Positions 1 to 8,282 are shown, numbered from the stretch's first letter. The stretch is DNA of 43,146 bases from Gemmatimonadota bacterium (GCA_003220855.1 QHTP01000021.1:1-43146); one strand, 5' to 3'. Translations and numbers: made by a program. The notes: generated by a model not told the origin, from the letters alone.

Positions 1-930
1 GAGCTCGAGTGTCGCGGCGCCGATCCAGCCGTCCACCTGCGACGGCGTGCGGGCGCCGACGATCGCCCCCGTCACCCCGGGCCACGCGAGCGTCCACGCC
101 ACCGCGACGGCCGACACGGTAGCGCCGTGCCGCCGCGCGATCGGCTCGAGCGCGTCGCGCAGCGCGAGATTCCTGCCGAGGGCCGGCTGCTGGAACTGGA
201 GGCTGCGGCGGCGCCAGTCGTCCACGGCGAGCGCCGCCACGCGCGAGTCCGTGAACGTGTCCGTCAACAGGCCCGACTGCATCGGACTGTAGACGATGAC
301 CCCGGTACCGTGCTCGGCGCACCAGGGGATCTCGCGTTCGGCGGCCTCCCGCCGGATCAAGGAAAAAGGCGGCTGCAGCGAATGCACGTGGCGGATCGCC
401 TCGCAGCGCTCGAGCAGTGTGACAGCGAAGTTCGACACACCCACGGCCCGCACTTTGCCTGCGTCGACGAGCCGCACCATCGCCTGCCACGAATCCTCTA
501 CCGGCGTCCCCGTCTCGTCGGGCCAATGGAACTGATAGAGGTCGATCTGCTCGATCCGGAGCCGGCGGAGCGACGCCTCGCACTCCTTCCGGATGGAATC
601 GGGTCGGAGCACGCGCCGCGCTTCCGCCATGCGGTTGCGCTCGTCCCACACCAGGCCGCACTTGGTGAACACGAGCGGTCGATCGCCGGCCGGCAGCTCC
701 CGCAGCAGACGACCGACCACCTCCTCCGAGTGGCCGAGACCGTACACCGCGGCGGTATCGATCCAGTTGATTCCCAGCTCGAGTGCGCGACCCATCGTGG
801 CGAGTGAGTCGGCATCGTCCTGCGGGCCCCAGCCGAACGCCCAGCCACCGCCGCCGATCGCCCACGCGCCGAAGCCGACGGTCGTGATATCGAGTCCGCT
901 CGAGCCGAGCGGACGGGTGGGCAACGTCAT
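1..930 (-). CDS. aldo/keto reductase family oxidoreductase (C-terminus runs off the left window edge)
   Basis: Absent from the ORF track because no stop lies in the window. My own minus-strand translation from ATG 930-928 gives MTLPTRPLGSSGLDITTVGFGAWAIGGGGW...LELGINWIDTAAVYGLGHSEEVVG...IDLYQFHWPD...GKVRAVGVSNF, the typical AKR blocks. Plus-strand ORFs 127-807 and 593-1003 are antisense shadows. Confidence 0.85.
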   Translation of the reverse strand, partial: MTLPTRPLGSSGLDITTVGFGAWAIGGGGWAFGWGPQDDADSLATMGRALELGINWIDTAAVYGLGHSEEVVGRLLRELPAGDRPLVFTKCGLVWDERNRMAEARRVLRPDSIRKECEASLRRLRIEQIDLYQFHWPDETGTPVEDSWQAMVRLVDAGKVRAVGVSNFAVTLLERCEAIRHVHSLQPPFSLIRREAAEREIPWCAEHGTGVIVYSPMQSGLLTDTFTDSRVAALAVDDWRRRSLQFQQPALGRNLALRDALEPIARRHGATVSAVAVAWTLAWPGVTGAIVGARTPSQVDGWIGAATLEL

Positions 931-955
931 ACGGACGTCTCTCCACGCCTGGAGG

Positions 956-1924
956 TCAAGGAACCAGCAGCACTTTCCCCGTGGTCTTGCGTCCCTCGAG
1001 TAGCCGGTGCGCCTCCGCCGCCTGCGCGAGTGGGAGCTCGCGCTCGATGCGCACCTGCAGCTTGCCGCTCTCGATCCAGCCCAGCACCTCCCCCGCCCGC
1101 GCGACCAGCTCGGCGCGTGTGAGGATGTGGTGCGCCAGCGTGGGGCGCGTGAGGAAGAGCGACCCTTTCTGGTTCAGCACCTGCGGGTCGAACGGTCCCA
1201 CCGGTCCGCTCGACTGGCCGTACAGCACCATCATGCCCCGGGGAGCCAGGCAGTTCAGCCCCTTTTCGAACGTCGTCTTGCCGACGGAGTCGTAGATCAC
1301 CTGGAGGGCGGCGCCGCCCAGGAGCCGCTTCACTTCCGCCTCGAAGTCCTGTTCCGTGTACAGGATCACGTCGGCGGCGCCCGCCGCGCGCGCCAGCGCG
1401 GCCTTCTCGCGGGTCGAGACCGTGCCCACCACGCGGGCGCCCCGAAGCGCCGCCACCTGACACAACAGCAGGCCCACACCCCCTGCGGCCGCGTGCACGA
1501 GACACGCGTCCCCGGACTTGAGGGGGTAGGTCGACGTCGCGAGGTAGTGCGCCGTCAAACCCTGGAGCATCGCCGCGGCGCCCTGCTTCGTGCTCACGCC
1601 GTCCGGCAGCACCACGACCCGGTCGGCCGGCACCACCGCGTACTCCGCGTAGGTACCGAGAATCGTAATGTAGGCGACGCGGTCCCCGACTTTGGGCTCG
1701 GCAACACCGGGGCCAACCGCGGCCACGTTGCCGGCCGCTTCCTGTCCGAGGGTGAACGGCACCGGGACTTTGTAGTGCCCGTTGCGCTGATAGACGTCGA
1801 TGAAGTTCAGGCCTGCGGCCTCGATCTTCACGAGGACCTGGCCTGGGCCGGGAGTGGGCCGCGGCACGTCCTCGTAGCGCAGCGCCTCAGGCCCGCCCGG
1901 CGCGTGCACCCGGATCGCCTTCAT
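956..1924 (-). CDS. qor: NADPH:quinone oxidoreductase (zinc-type alcohol dehydrogenase superfamily)
   Basis: [52 protein letters not shown]...[17 protein letters not shown] (Rossmann AxxGxxG). The track start at 1936 is GTG; I prefer the ATG at 1924 (MKAIRV). Confidence 0.85.
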   Translation of the reverse strand: MKAIRVHAPGGPEALRYEDVPRPTPGPGQVLVKIEAAGLNFIDVYQRNGHYKVPVPFTLGQEAAGNVAAVGPGVAEPKVGDRVAYITILGTYAEYAVVPADRVVVLPDGVSTKQGAAAMLQGLTAHYLATSTYPLKSGDACLVHAAAGGVGLLLCQVAALRGARVVGTVSTREKAALARAAGAADVILYTEQDFEAEVKRLLGGAALQVIYDSVGKTTFEKGLNCLAPRGMMVLYGQSSGPVGPFDPQVLNQKGSLFLTRPTLAHHILTRAELVARAGEVLGWIESGKLQVRIERELPLAQAAEAHRLLEGRKTTGKVLLVP

Positions 1925-1949
1925 CGGGACGTCCACGCCTGGAGACAGT

Positions 1950-2225
1950 TCACCCCCCCGCGATCGCCGGGATGACCGTCACCTCGTCGCCGTCCTGCAC
2001 CGGCGCCGCGAAGCCGCCACGGAAGCGCACGTCCTCGTCGTTCAGGTAGAAGTTCACGAACGGGTAGGGCTTGCCGTCTTTGTCCCGGAGCCGGGGCCCG
2101 AGCGCTGGGAAGCGGGCCGCCACGTCGGCGACCGCCTCGCCCAGCGTCCGGCCCGCGGCTTCGATGGTGCGCGCCCCGCCCGTGTGGGCCGCGAGCACCG
2201 AGGGCAGATTCACCGTGATCGCCAT
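1950..2225 (-). CDS. MoaD/ThiS-family ubiquitin-like sulfur-carrier protein (C-terminal Gly-Gly)
   Basis: The 91-aa ORF ends ...[14 protein letters not shown] directly before the stop. SD GGAGGA lies 6 nt upstream of ATG 2225. The gene is 28 nt downstream of the thrC-like gene on the same strand. Confidence 0.8.
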   Translation of the reverse strand: MAITVNLPSVLAAHTGGARTIEAAGRTLGEAVADVAARFPALGPRLRDKDGKPYPFVNFYLNDEDVRFRGGFAAPVQDGDEVTVIPAIAGG

Positions 2226-2253
2226 ATCAGCTCCTCCACGTCATGCCGGTTGA

Positions 2254-3501
2254 TCACTGCTGCACCAGGGCGGCGACCTCTCGCAGCCGGGGCGCGATCA
2301 CCGGCGTCTCGGGGAGCGCGTCGCGCACCGCCTCGAGCGTCTTCAGCCCGTGCCCCGTCACGCACAGGACCACCTCGTCCTCGGGCCCGAGCCGGCCGCT
2401 CCGCGCGAGCGCCAGGGCGGCCGCGGCGGTGACGCCGCCCGCCGTCTCCGCGAAGATCCCGGCGTCTTGCGCGAGCCAGCGGATGCCGTCCACGAGCTCG
2501 GCGTCGCTCACGGCGGCGGCCCAGCCGCCCGTCTCCCGAATTGCCCGCGCGGCGAATCCCCCGTCCGCGGGGTTGCCGATCGCGAGCGAGCGGCAGATGG
2601 TGCGCGGCAGCTCCGGCTGGAGCTCGCCCCCGCCACGCTCGACCAGGCGCACGATCGGGGCGCAGCCCGACGCCTGGGCGCCGTACAGCCGGGGCACCTT
2701 CTCCGCCACGAGGCCTGCGGCGATGAACTCGCCGAATCCTTTGCGGAGCTTGGTGAGCAGCGAGCCGCCCGCCATCGGCGCCACCACGGCACTGGGCAAA
2801 CGCCAGCCGAGCTGCTCCGCGATCTCGTGGGCTACGGTCTTCGAGCCCTCGCCGTAGTAGGCGCGCAAGTTGACGTTCACGATTCCCCAGCCGAATCGGT
2901 CCGCCACCTGCGCGCACAGCCGGTTGACGTCGTCGTACGTCCCCCGCACGCGCACCAGGCGGGACCCGTACACGCTCGTCCCGACGACCTTCGCCGTTTC
3001 GAGCTCCTCGGGGACGAAGATCCAGGCCGTGAGCCCGGCGCGGGCCGCGTGGGCGGCGACGGCGTTCGCGAGGTTGCCGGTCGACGCGCAGCCGATCGTG
3101 TCGAGGCCGAAGGCGGCGGCCGCGTTGATGGCGACGGCGACAACCCGGTCCTTGAACGAGAGCGACGGATGCGACACAGTGTCGTTCTTGATCCAGACCC
3201 GCCCCACGCCGAGTCGGCGCGCCAGCGCAGGGGCATCGACGAGCGGCGTGAAGCCCGTGTCGAGCGACAGCGTCGGCTCGCCATCGAACGGCAGCCACTC
3301 CCGGTAGCGCCACAGGGAGGGCGCCCGGCCGGCGATCGTCTCGCGGTCGGGGAGCGCGCGCTCCGGATCGTATACGGGATCGAGCGGGCCAAGGCACTGC
3401 CCACAGATGGCCGCGGGGGCGGGCGCGCTCTCGGCGCCGCAGCTGCGGCAGCGGAGCGGCCGCGCGGTGAGCGGCGGCGAAGCGATGGAGGCCTGCGTCA
3501 T
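2254..3501 (-). CDS. thrC: threonine synthase-like PLP-dependent enzyme with N-terminal Cys4 zinc ribbon
   Basis: CRSCG...CGQC zinc ribbon; PLP-lysine block HPSLSFKDRVV; GCASTGNLANAVAAHAARAG. 415 aa. SD GAGGGG lies 6 nt upstream of ATG 3501. The functional assignment (ThrC versus a sulfur-carrier-dependent homocysteine or cysteine synthase) is open; see findings. Confidence 0.8.
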   Translation of the reverse strand: MTQASIASPPLTARPLRCRSCGAESAPAPAAICGQCLGPLDPVYDPERALPDRETIAGRAPSLWRYREWLPFDGEPTLSLDTGFTPLVDAPALARRLGVGRVWIKNDTVSHPSLSFKDRVVAVAINAAAAFGLDTIGCASTGNLANAVAAHAARAGLTAWIFVPEELETAKVVGTSVYGSRLVRVRGTYDDVNRLCAQVADRFGWGIVNVNLRAYYGEGSKTVAHEIAEQLGWRLPSAVVAPMAGGSLLTKLRKGFGEFIAAGLVAEKVPRLYGAQASGCAPIVRLVERGGGELQPELPRTICRSLAIGNPADGGFAARAIRETGGWAAAVSDAELVDGIRWLAQDAGIFAETAGGVTAAAALALARSGRLGPEDEVVLCVTGHGLKTLEAVRDALPETPVIAPRLREVAALVQQ

Positions 3502-3516
3502 GCGTGACCCCTCAAC

Positions 3517-3545
3517 AAAAAAACCCGGGCAACAAATGCCGCGGG
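3517..3545 (-). terminator. intrinsic terminator / attenuator hairpin followed by U7
   Basis: Minus-strand RNA CCCG(C)GGCA-UUUGU-UGCCCGGG forms 8 bp with one bulged C, followed by UUUUUUU (3523-3517). It lies 77 nt downstream of the aminotransferase stop and 15 nt upstream of the thrC-like ATG. Confidence 0.7.
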
Positions 3546-3605
3546 CGGTCGCTTTTTAGCACCTTGTTTAACGTGGCGGCAATACGCGGCAAAGCACCAC
3601 GACTA
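3546..3605 (-). promoter_or_regulatory. structured leader upstream of the thrC-like/moaD-like genes (candidate riboswitch or attenuator aptamer region, class unknown)
   Basis: Hairpin GUGGUG-N16-CGCCAC (3600-3573). Loop UGCCGCG (3591-3585) is complementary to terminator arm CGCGGCA (3543-3537). GCUUU is complementary to AAAGC within GCUAAAAAGC (3560-3551). There are two GGUGCU repeats, and GC is locally low. Confidence 0.35.
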
Positions 3606-3621
3606 TTTCGATTGTCGCCCT

Positions 3622-4818
3622 TCAAGTTAGCCCCGCCGCCGCCGGCGTCAAGGCACCCACAAAGCGGCGCAGCGCGCCCAACGCCCGCTCCAGCTCCGCC
3701 GGCTCGGTGGCATAACACATCCGCAGGTGCGCCGCGCCCCCCGGCCCGAACGCCGTCCCCGCGAGCACCGCCACGTGCTGCTCGGCGAGCAGCCGCTGTG
3801 CGAACGCCTCGCAGGTGAGCCCCGTGCGCTCGAGTACGCCGCCGATGTCGGGGAAGCAGTAGAAGGCGCCCGCGGGAGTGGCACAGCGGACGCCCTCGAT
3901 CGCGTTCAGGCCGCGCGCCAGCTGGTCGCGCTTCAGCTTGAGCCCCGCTACCATGCGGGCGACCGGCTCCTGCGAACCGGTGAGCGCCGCCAGCCCCGCG
4001 TATTGCACGAACGTCGCCGTGCACGACACGTTGTTGATCAGCAGGGTGGTCATGGCCCCGGTGAGCGCCGCGGGCATCACGCCGAACCCGAGCCGCCACC
4101 CGGTCATCGAATAACCCTTGGAGAATCCGTCCACGATCACCGTCCGCTCCGACATCCCCGGCAGGGCGGCGATGCTGTCACGCCGCCCGTCGTAGCGGAT
4201 CTGTCCGTACACCTCGTCCGAGATCACCCACAGGTCGTGCTTCAGCGCCAGCTCGGCGAGCGCTTCCAGATCGGGCGTCGCGGCGACGCCGCCGGTGGGG
4301 TTGTGCGGCAGATTGAGGATCAGCACGCGGGTGCGGGGGGTGATCCGCTGCGCGATCGTCGCGACGTCCGGGGCGAAGTCCCGCGTCTCGTCGAGCGGGT
4401 AGTACACGGGCCGCCCGCCCGTGAACCGCACCACCGACTCGTAGATCGGGAAACCCGGGTTGGGCGTCAGCACGTCGGCGCCCGGCTCGATCAGCGCCAG
4501 CGCCGTGCAGAACAACATCGGCTTCGCGCCGGGGGTGACGACGACGTTCTCCGGCCCGGCGCGCACGCCGCGCGCGGCGAGCGAGCGGGCGATCGCCTCG
4601 CGCAACTCCGGGACGCCTGCGGCCAACGCGTAGCGCGTGAGGCCGTCGCGTAACGCGCGCACGCCCGCTTCCACCACATGCGGCGGCGTCGGCATATCCG
4701 GCTCGCCGATCTCCAGGTGTACGACCTTGTGCCCCGCGGCCTCGAGCCGTCGCGCCGCGGCGAGCACCACATAGGCCTGTTCGGTACCGAGCGTATCGAG
4801 TCGTGCGGCCGGATGCAT
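3622..4818 (-). CDS. class I/II pyridoxal-phosphate-dependent aminotransferase (aspartate aminotransferase-like)
   Basis: MHPAARLDTLGTEQAYVVLAAARRLEAAGHKVVHLEIGEPD...LNLPHNPTGG...DGFSKGYSMTGWRLGF (PLP-Lys block). The 511-aa track ORF is over-extended at the 5' end. ATG 4818 is preceded by GGGGAAGG. Confidence 0.85.
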   Translation of the reverse strand: MHPAARLDTLGTEQAYVVLAAARRLEAAGHKVVHLEIGEPDMPTPPHVVEAGVRALRDGLTRYALAAGVPELREAIARSLAARGVRAGPENVVVTPGAKPMLFCTALALIEPGADVLTPNPGFPIYESVVRFTGGRPVYYPLDETRDFAPDVATIAQRITPRTRVLILNLPHNPTGGVAATPDLEALAELALKHDLWVISDEVYGQIRYDGRRDSIAALPGMSERTVIVDGFSKGYSMTGWRLGFGVMPAALTGAMTTLLINNVSCTATFVQYAGLAALTGSQEPVARMVAGLKLKRDQLARGLNAIEGVRCATPAGAFYCFPDIGGVLERTGLTCEAFAQRLLAEQHVAVLAGTAFGPGGAAHLRMCYATEPAELERALGALRRFVGALTPAAAGLT

Positions 4819-4835
4819 AGACCTTCCCCTGGGGG

Positions 4836-4865
4836 ACAAACGAACCCCGGAGCGAGGCTCCGGGG
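4836..4865 (-). terminator. intrinsic terminator downstream of efp
   Basis: Minus-strand CCCCGGAGC-CUC-GCUCCGGGG (9-bp stem, 4865-4845) followed by UUCGUUUGU. It sits 73 nt after the efp stop and about 18 nt before the aminotransferase ATG. Confidence 0.65.
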
Positions 4866-4937
4866 TTGGGTTCTCATGGAATCTATGCGTGCGCCCCGCG
4901 CCGTGCCTACCCGAACGGGGGAGCGGGGGACGGGGGC

Positions 4938-5495
4938 CTACTTGGCGCGTTCCAGATACACGCCCTCGCGCGGGTCCACCCGCACCTTCTCGCCCTCGCT
5001 GATGAACTCCGGTACCTGGATGGTGACGCCGTTCGAGAGCTTGGCGGGCTTGGTGCTCGCGGTCTTCGTGGCCCCCCGCATGACGGGAGACGTCTGCACG
5101 ACGGTCAGCTCGACCACGGATGGCAGCTCGATCCCGACGGGTCGCCCATTCAGCCACTCCACCTGGATGTGCATCTCGGGCTGCAGCCAGTCGCCGTTAT
5201 CGCCGATGGCTTCGGCGTCGAGGGTGTGCTGCTCGTAGCTCGTCGTATCCATCAGGTGCACGCCGCCCTGGTCGCGGTACAGGACCTGGAACTCCTTGGT
5301 CTCGAGCGGCGCCTCGTCCACGAAGTCGGTGGCGGCGAGGCGCGTATCGAAGGTGTTCCCCGTGACGAGGTTGCGAAGCCGCACCTGCACGAACGCCCGG
5401 AGGTTGCCGGGAGTGCGGTGGGTGAAGTCCATCACGCGGCACGGCTGCCCGTCGATCATGATGACGTGGCCGCGGCGAATGTCGGTGGCTTTCAT
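4938..5495 (-). CDS. efp: translation elongation factor P
   Basis: MKATDIRRGHVIMIDGQPCRVMDFTHRTPGNLRAFVQVRLRNLVTGNTFD...VVQTSPVMRGATKTASTKPAKLSNGVTIQVPEFI. 185 aa. The ATG at 5495 was chosen over the over-extended track start. Confidence 0.95.
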   Translation of the reverse strand: MKATDIRRGHVIMIDGQPCRVMDFTHRTPGNLRAFVQVRLRNLVTGNTFDTRLAATDFVDEAPLETKEFQVLYRDQGGVHLMDTTSYEQHTLDAEAIGDNGDWLQPEMHIQVEWLNGRPVGIELPSVVELTVVQTSPVMRGATKTASTKPAKLSNGVTIQVPEFISEGEKVRVDPREGVYLERAK

Positions 5496-5523
5496 TTCAG
5501 AATGCCCTTCTTCAAGAGGCGGG

Positions 5524-5551
5524 AAGATAAACCGCGTGGGGGCGAGGTCAA
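5524..5551 (-). promoter_or_regulatory. putative sigma70-type promoter for efp
   Basis: Minus strand: TTGACC (5551-5546, overlapping the stop of the upstream gene), 16-nt spacer, TATCTT (5529-5524). It is about 30 nt upstream of the efp ATG. Motif match only. Confidence 0.3.
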
Positions 5552-7059
5552 CGGGGCGTCGCAAGATCCCCCAGCGAGAGCGGCTTGGTCAGGTCGCCCA
5601 CGCGCTCCCGCTGCCACCACGCGCCGCTCGTGGCCCGCTCGCGCGGCGTGCTGAAATGGTAGCGGTAATAGACGAGCCGCACGTAGTGCGGTGGGGCGTC
5701 CGGAAACGGGTCGTCGCCGAGCAGGGCGATCACCTCGGGCGTCCCTGCCAGCACGTGCCGCAGCAACGGCAGGAGCCAGTCCCGGGCCCCCTCGGGGTTG
5801 AGCGCCGCGAACCACATCTGCCAATCGAGCCGCGGCATGTGCGGCGCCACGAACGCCGGTCGCCGGCGCACATCGCCCGGCTTCCAGCGGAAGCCATACT
5901 CGCTCCATTGCACGCCGTCGCGACTGCCTTCGATGACGATCTCGGCCCGCTCAGTCGTCATCACGCGGAACAACCCGTACCCGTTCACCGAGCGCAACGG
6001 CTCGACGGCACCGAGCAATGGATTGTCGAGCCCTCCCCGCGTATTCGGGAGCGTCTGCACGATCTCGCGGGCGAATGCGAGCAGCGAGAGCAGCGCGAGC
6101 ACGGGCGCCAGTCCGCGGATCGCGTGGCGCTGCCACCGCGGCTCGGGCTCCGTGGCCGCGAGCCGCAGCGGCAGCACACGCTCCAGGACCGCGTCGTCGA
6201 GCAGCGGGACGCACAGCACGATCGCGAGCAGGTTGAAGAAGCCGTAGTTTCCCGTGAGGGCGATCGCGAGCTGGCCCAGGACGAGCAGTGCGCAGGCGGC
6301 ATACCGCGCCCGGCGCAACCGCTCGGGAACGAAAATGAGCCATGGCACGAGGAGCTCGATGGCGAGGATCACGAGTGTCATGGTCCGGTGCACCCAGACG
6401 GGAGTCCATTGGGCGTACCAGGCTGGCCAGGTGGGGAGCGGCTGCGTCCAGAAGTGGTAGTCGAGCGCGGTGAGATGGCGCCACGCAGCATCACCGCTCA
6501 CGAGCTTCGTGACACCCGAGAGGAACATGAGGCGGAACAACAGCCACCACAGGAGCCAGCGCATCCAGGTCGAGGGCGCCCGGTCCCGGACTAGGCTGGG
6601 GGAGAGCCGGCCCGGCGCGTACAGCACCGCCAGCAACCCGGTCTCGAGCAGCAGCCCGTCCCACTGGAACCAGAGGAAGGTCTGGCCGGCGACGCTGAGC
6701 GACAGATAGCAGATCCAAAGGAGCAGGAGAACCGGGGCGGGCGCGACGCCGGCGATGAGCAGGACCGCGAGGGCGGCGCCGCCCCACGCGAGCAGTCTCA
6801 GCGTGGCGTCGCCCGCGCCGAACCAGCAGAGGGTGGGAAAGAGGCGGTAGGCCGCGCTGCCGTACAGCGCATGCGCCCGCTCGAGGAACGACTCGGCGGG
6901 CAGGATGCCGTGTTCACCGAGGAGGCCCGAGACTTGCACCGCCAGCGACACAAAGGCGATCAGGTAGACGGCGCCGAGCAGACGAAGGAACAGCCAGCGG
7001 GAGAGCAGGTAGACGGGGGGGACCACCGGACGCGTGGCCCAAGCCTCGGTGATGTCCAT
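5548..7059 (-). CDS. lipase maturation factor (LMF1-like) family polytopic membrane protein
   Basis: MDITEAWATRPVVPPVYLLSRWLFLRLLGAVYLIAFVSLAVQVSGLLGEHGILP...FLWFQWDGLLLETGLLAVL...; multiple hydrophobic spans. The start was moved to ATG 7059; 37 track codons upstream were discarded. Confidence 0.65.
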   Translation of the reverse strand: MDITEAWATRPVVPPVYLLSRWLFLRLLGAVYLIAFVSLAVQVSGLLGEHGILPAESFLERAHALYGSAAYRLFPTLCWFGAGDATLRLLAWGGAALAVLLIAGVAPAPVLLLLWICYLSLSVAGQTFLWFQWDGLLLETGLLAVLYAPGRLSPSLVRDRAPSTWMRWLLWWLLFRLMFLSGVTKLVSGDAAWRHLTALDYHFWTQPLPTWPAWYAQWTPVWVHRTMTLVILAIELLVPWLIFVPERLRRARYAACALLVLGQLAIALTGNYGFFNLLAIVLCVPLLDDAVLERVLPLRLAATEPEPRWQRHAIRGLAPVLALLSLLAFAREIVQTLPNTRGGLDNPLLGAVEPLRSVNGYGLFRVMTTERAEIVIEGSRDGVQWSEYGFRWKPGDVRRRPAFVAPHMPRLDWQMWFAALNPEGARDWLLPLLRHVLAGTPEVIALLGDDPFPDAPPHYVRLVYYRYHFSTPRERATSGAWWQRERVGDLTKPLSLGDLATPR

Positions 7060-7188
7060 CGTTGTGCCCCAAGATGGGCGCCTATAGTAATTGAGGGAAC
7101 ACGTCCGCGGCGAACCGTACCGAGCCTTCCGGTGTAGCACTCCCGCATCAGACTTAGTGAGCCATGTCACGTTGAGGAGGTTTGAAAC

Positions 7189-8067
7189 ATGATCCGCACC
7201 AGCCGTCTCCTGGCCCGCAGCGCGTGGGTTCCCCTCGCGTTGCTCGTCGCGGCGGGCTGCAAGCAGGGACCGTCACCGGAGGTGCAGGCGCGCATCGACA
7301 GCCTGTCGCAGGCGTCGAGCGAGCGTGATCGCCTCATGCAGGAGGTGGCGGAGAACACGCGTCTCGTGAGCGAGGTGAGCCGGGAGATCTCGAAGGTCAA
7401 CGTTCCGGCGCGGCAGCTCAAGATCTCGGCGGAGTCGCCGCTGCGGGCCTCGCGCGACACGCTCATCCAGAAGATCCGCTACGTGACCTCGCGGGTGCGT
7501 GAGCTCGAGCCCCGTCTCAAGGAGAGCGAAACGCGGATCAAAGAGCTCACCACGATCTCCGACAGCCTGCGCAACGACCTGGCGGCGACCATGCAAAACC
7601 TCCAGGGCGTGATCGACAATCAGAAGGAGACGATCGACGCGCTCAACCAGCAAGTGGAGACGCTCACCGCGGAGAACTTGGCCCTGAAGGACACGCTGGA
7701 GAACATGTCCACGATCTCCAACACGGTCTATTACGTGGTGGGGACCAAGGACGAGCTCGAGCGCAAGGGCGTCATTCAGGAGGAAGGCGGCGCTCGGTTC
7801 CTGTTCGTCTTGTGGAAGAGCGGCAAGACGCTCGTGCCCGCGCGCAACCTCGATCCCGGCGAGTTCACCCAGGCCGACCGGCGCCACCTCACCGAGCTGC
7901 CGTTGCCGCAGTCGGACAAGGAATACCGCATCGTGTCGCGCCAGGATACCTCGGCCCTCGAAACGCCGCCCGACCACGACGGCAAGCTGTCGGGGCACGC
8001 CGTCAAGATCTCGGACACGGCGCGCTTCTGGGCCAACTCGAAATACCTCATCATCGTCGAAGGCTGA
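7189..8067 (+). CDS. coiled-coil lipoprotein of unknown function
   Basis: Signal peptide with lipobox LLVAAGC. A long heptad-like E/K/L/Q-rich middle (LKESETRIKELTTISDSLRNDLAATMQNLQGVIDNQKETIDALNQQVETLTAENLALKDTLE) is followed by a globular C-terminal domain. SD GAGGAGG lies 7-8 nt before ATG 7189. Confidence 0.7.
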   Translation: MIRTSRLLARSAWVPLALLVAAGCKQGPSPEVQARIDSLSQASSERDRLMQEVAENTRLVSEVSREISKVNVPARQLKISAESPLRASRDTLIQKIRYVTSRVRELEPRLKESETRIKELTTISDSLRNDLAATMQNLQGVIDNQKETIDALNQQVETLTAENLALKDTLENMSTISNTVYYVVGTKDELERKGVIQEEGGARFLFVLWKSGKTLVPARNLDPGEFTQADRRHLTELPLPQSDKEYRIVSRQDTSALETPPDHDGKLSGHAVKISDTARFWANSKYLIIVEG

Positions 8068-8080
8068 CCCGACGGGCGGA

Positions 8081-8108
8081 CCGGGGGTGACGGACATCGC
8101 TCCCCCGG
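8081..8108 (+). terminator. GC-rich hairpin after the lipoprotein gene (no U-tract)
   Basis: CCGGGGG (8081-8087) - 14-nt loop - CCCCCGG (8102-8108), 14 nt after the stop. Confidence 0.25.
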
Positions 8109-8282
8109 CCCTACCCTTCCCATGTAGGCCGTTCCTTACGATTTTGTTGTAGCTCACACGCAACGACCTGTTTTCCCCCGCAAGCGCCCGGCGCCCCGAG
8201 CCCTGACCCGGTGCCGACCTGCAGGGCGCGGGATTTGCGACAGGTTCCAGACGCCGACGTACGACTGACGCGAGGGGGACTC

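Noticed and set aside
2210-3507. Several 385-395-aa ORFs (2210-3397 minus, 2350-3507 plus) overlapping the thrC-like gene
   Set aside because: Alternative frames with Arg/Pro/Gly-rich nonsense. Only the 2254-3501 minus frame carries the PLP-lysine and Zn-ribbon motifs.
3546-3605. Firm call of a SAM-II/SAM-V riboswitch
   Set aside because: Only loose resemblance: a small pseudoknot potential of about 5 bp and an A-rich tract. I cannot verify the consensus by eye, so I kept it as an unclassified candidate leader only.
3622-5157. 511-aa version of the aminotransferase ORF, with similar 5' over-extensions at 16183-17847, 24471-25841, 20895-24410, 36466-39801 and 5548-7170
   Set aside because: The upstream extensions are low-complexity, overlap neighbouring genes or terminators, and lack homology-like sequence. 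Internal ATG/GTG starts with SD motifs or ATGA overlaps fit the domain boundaries.
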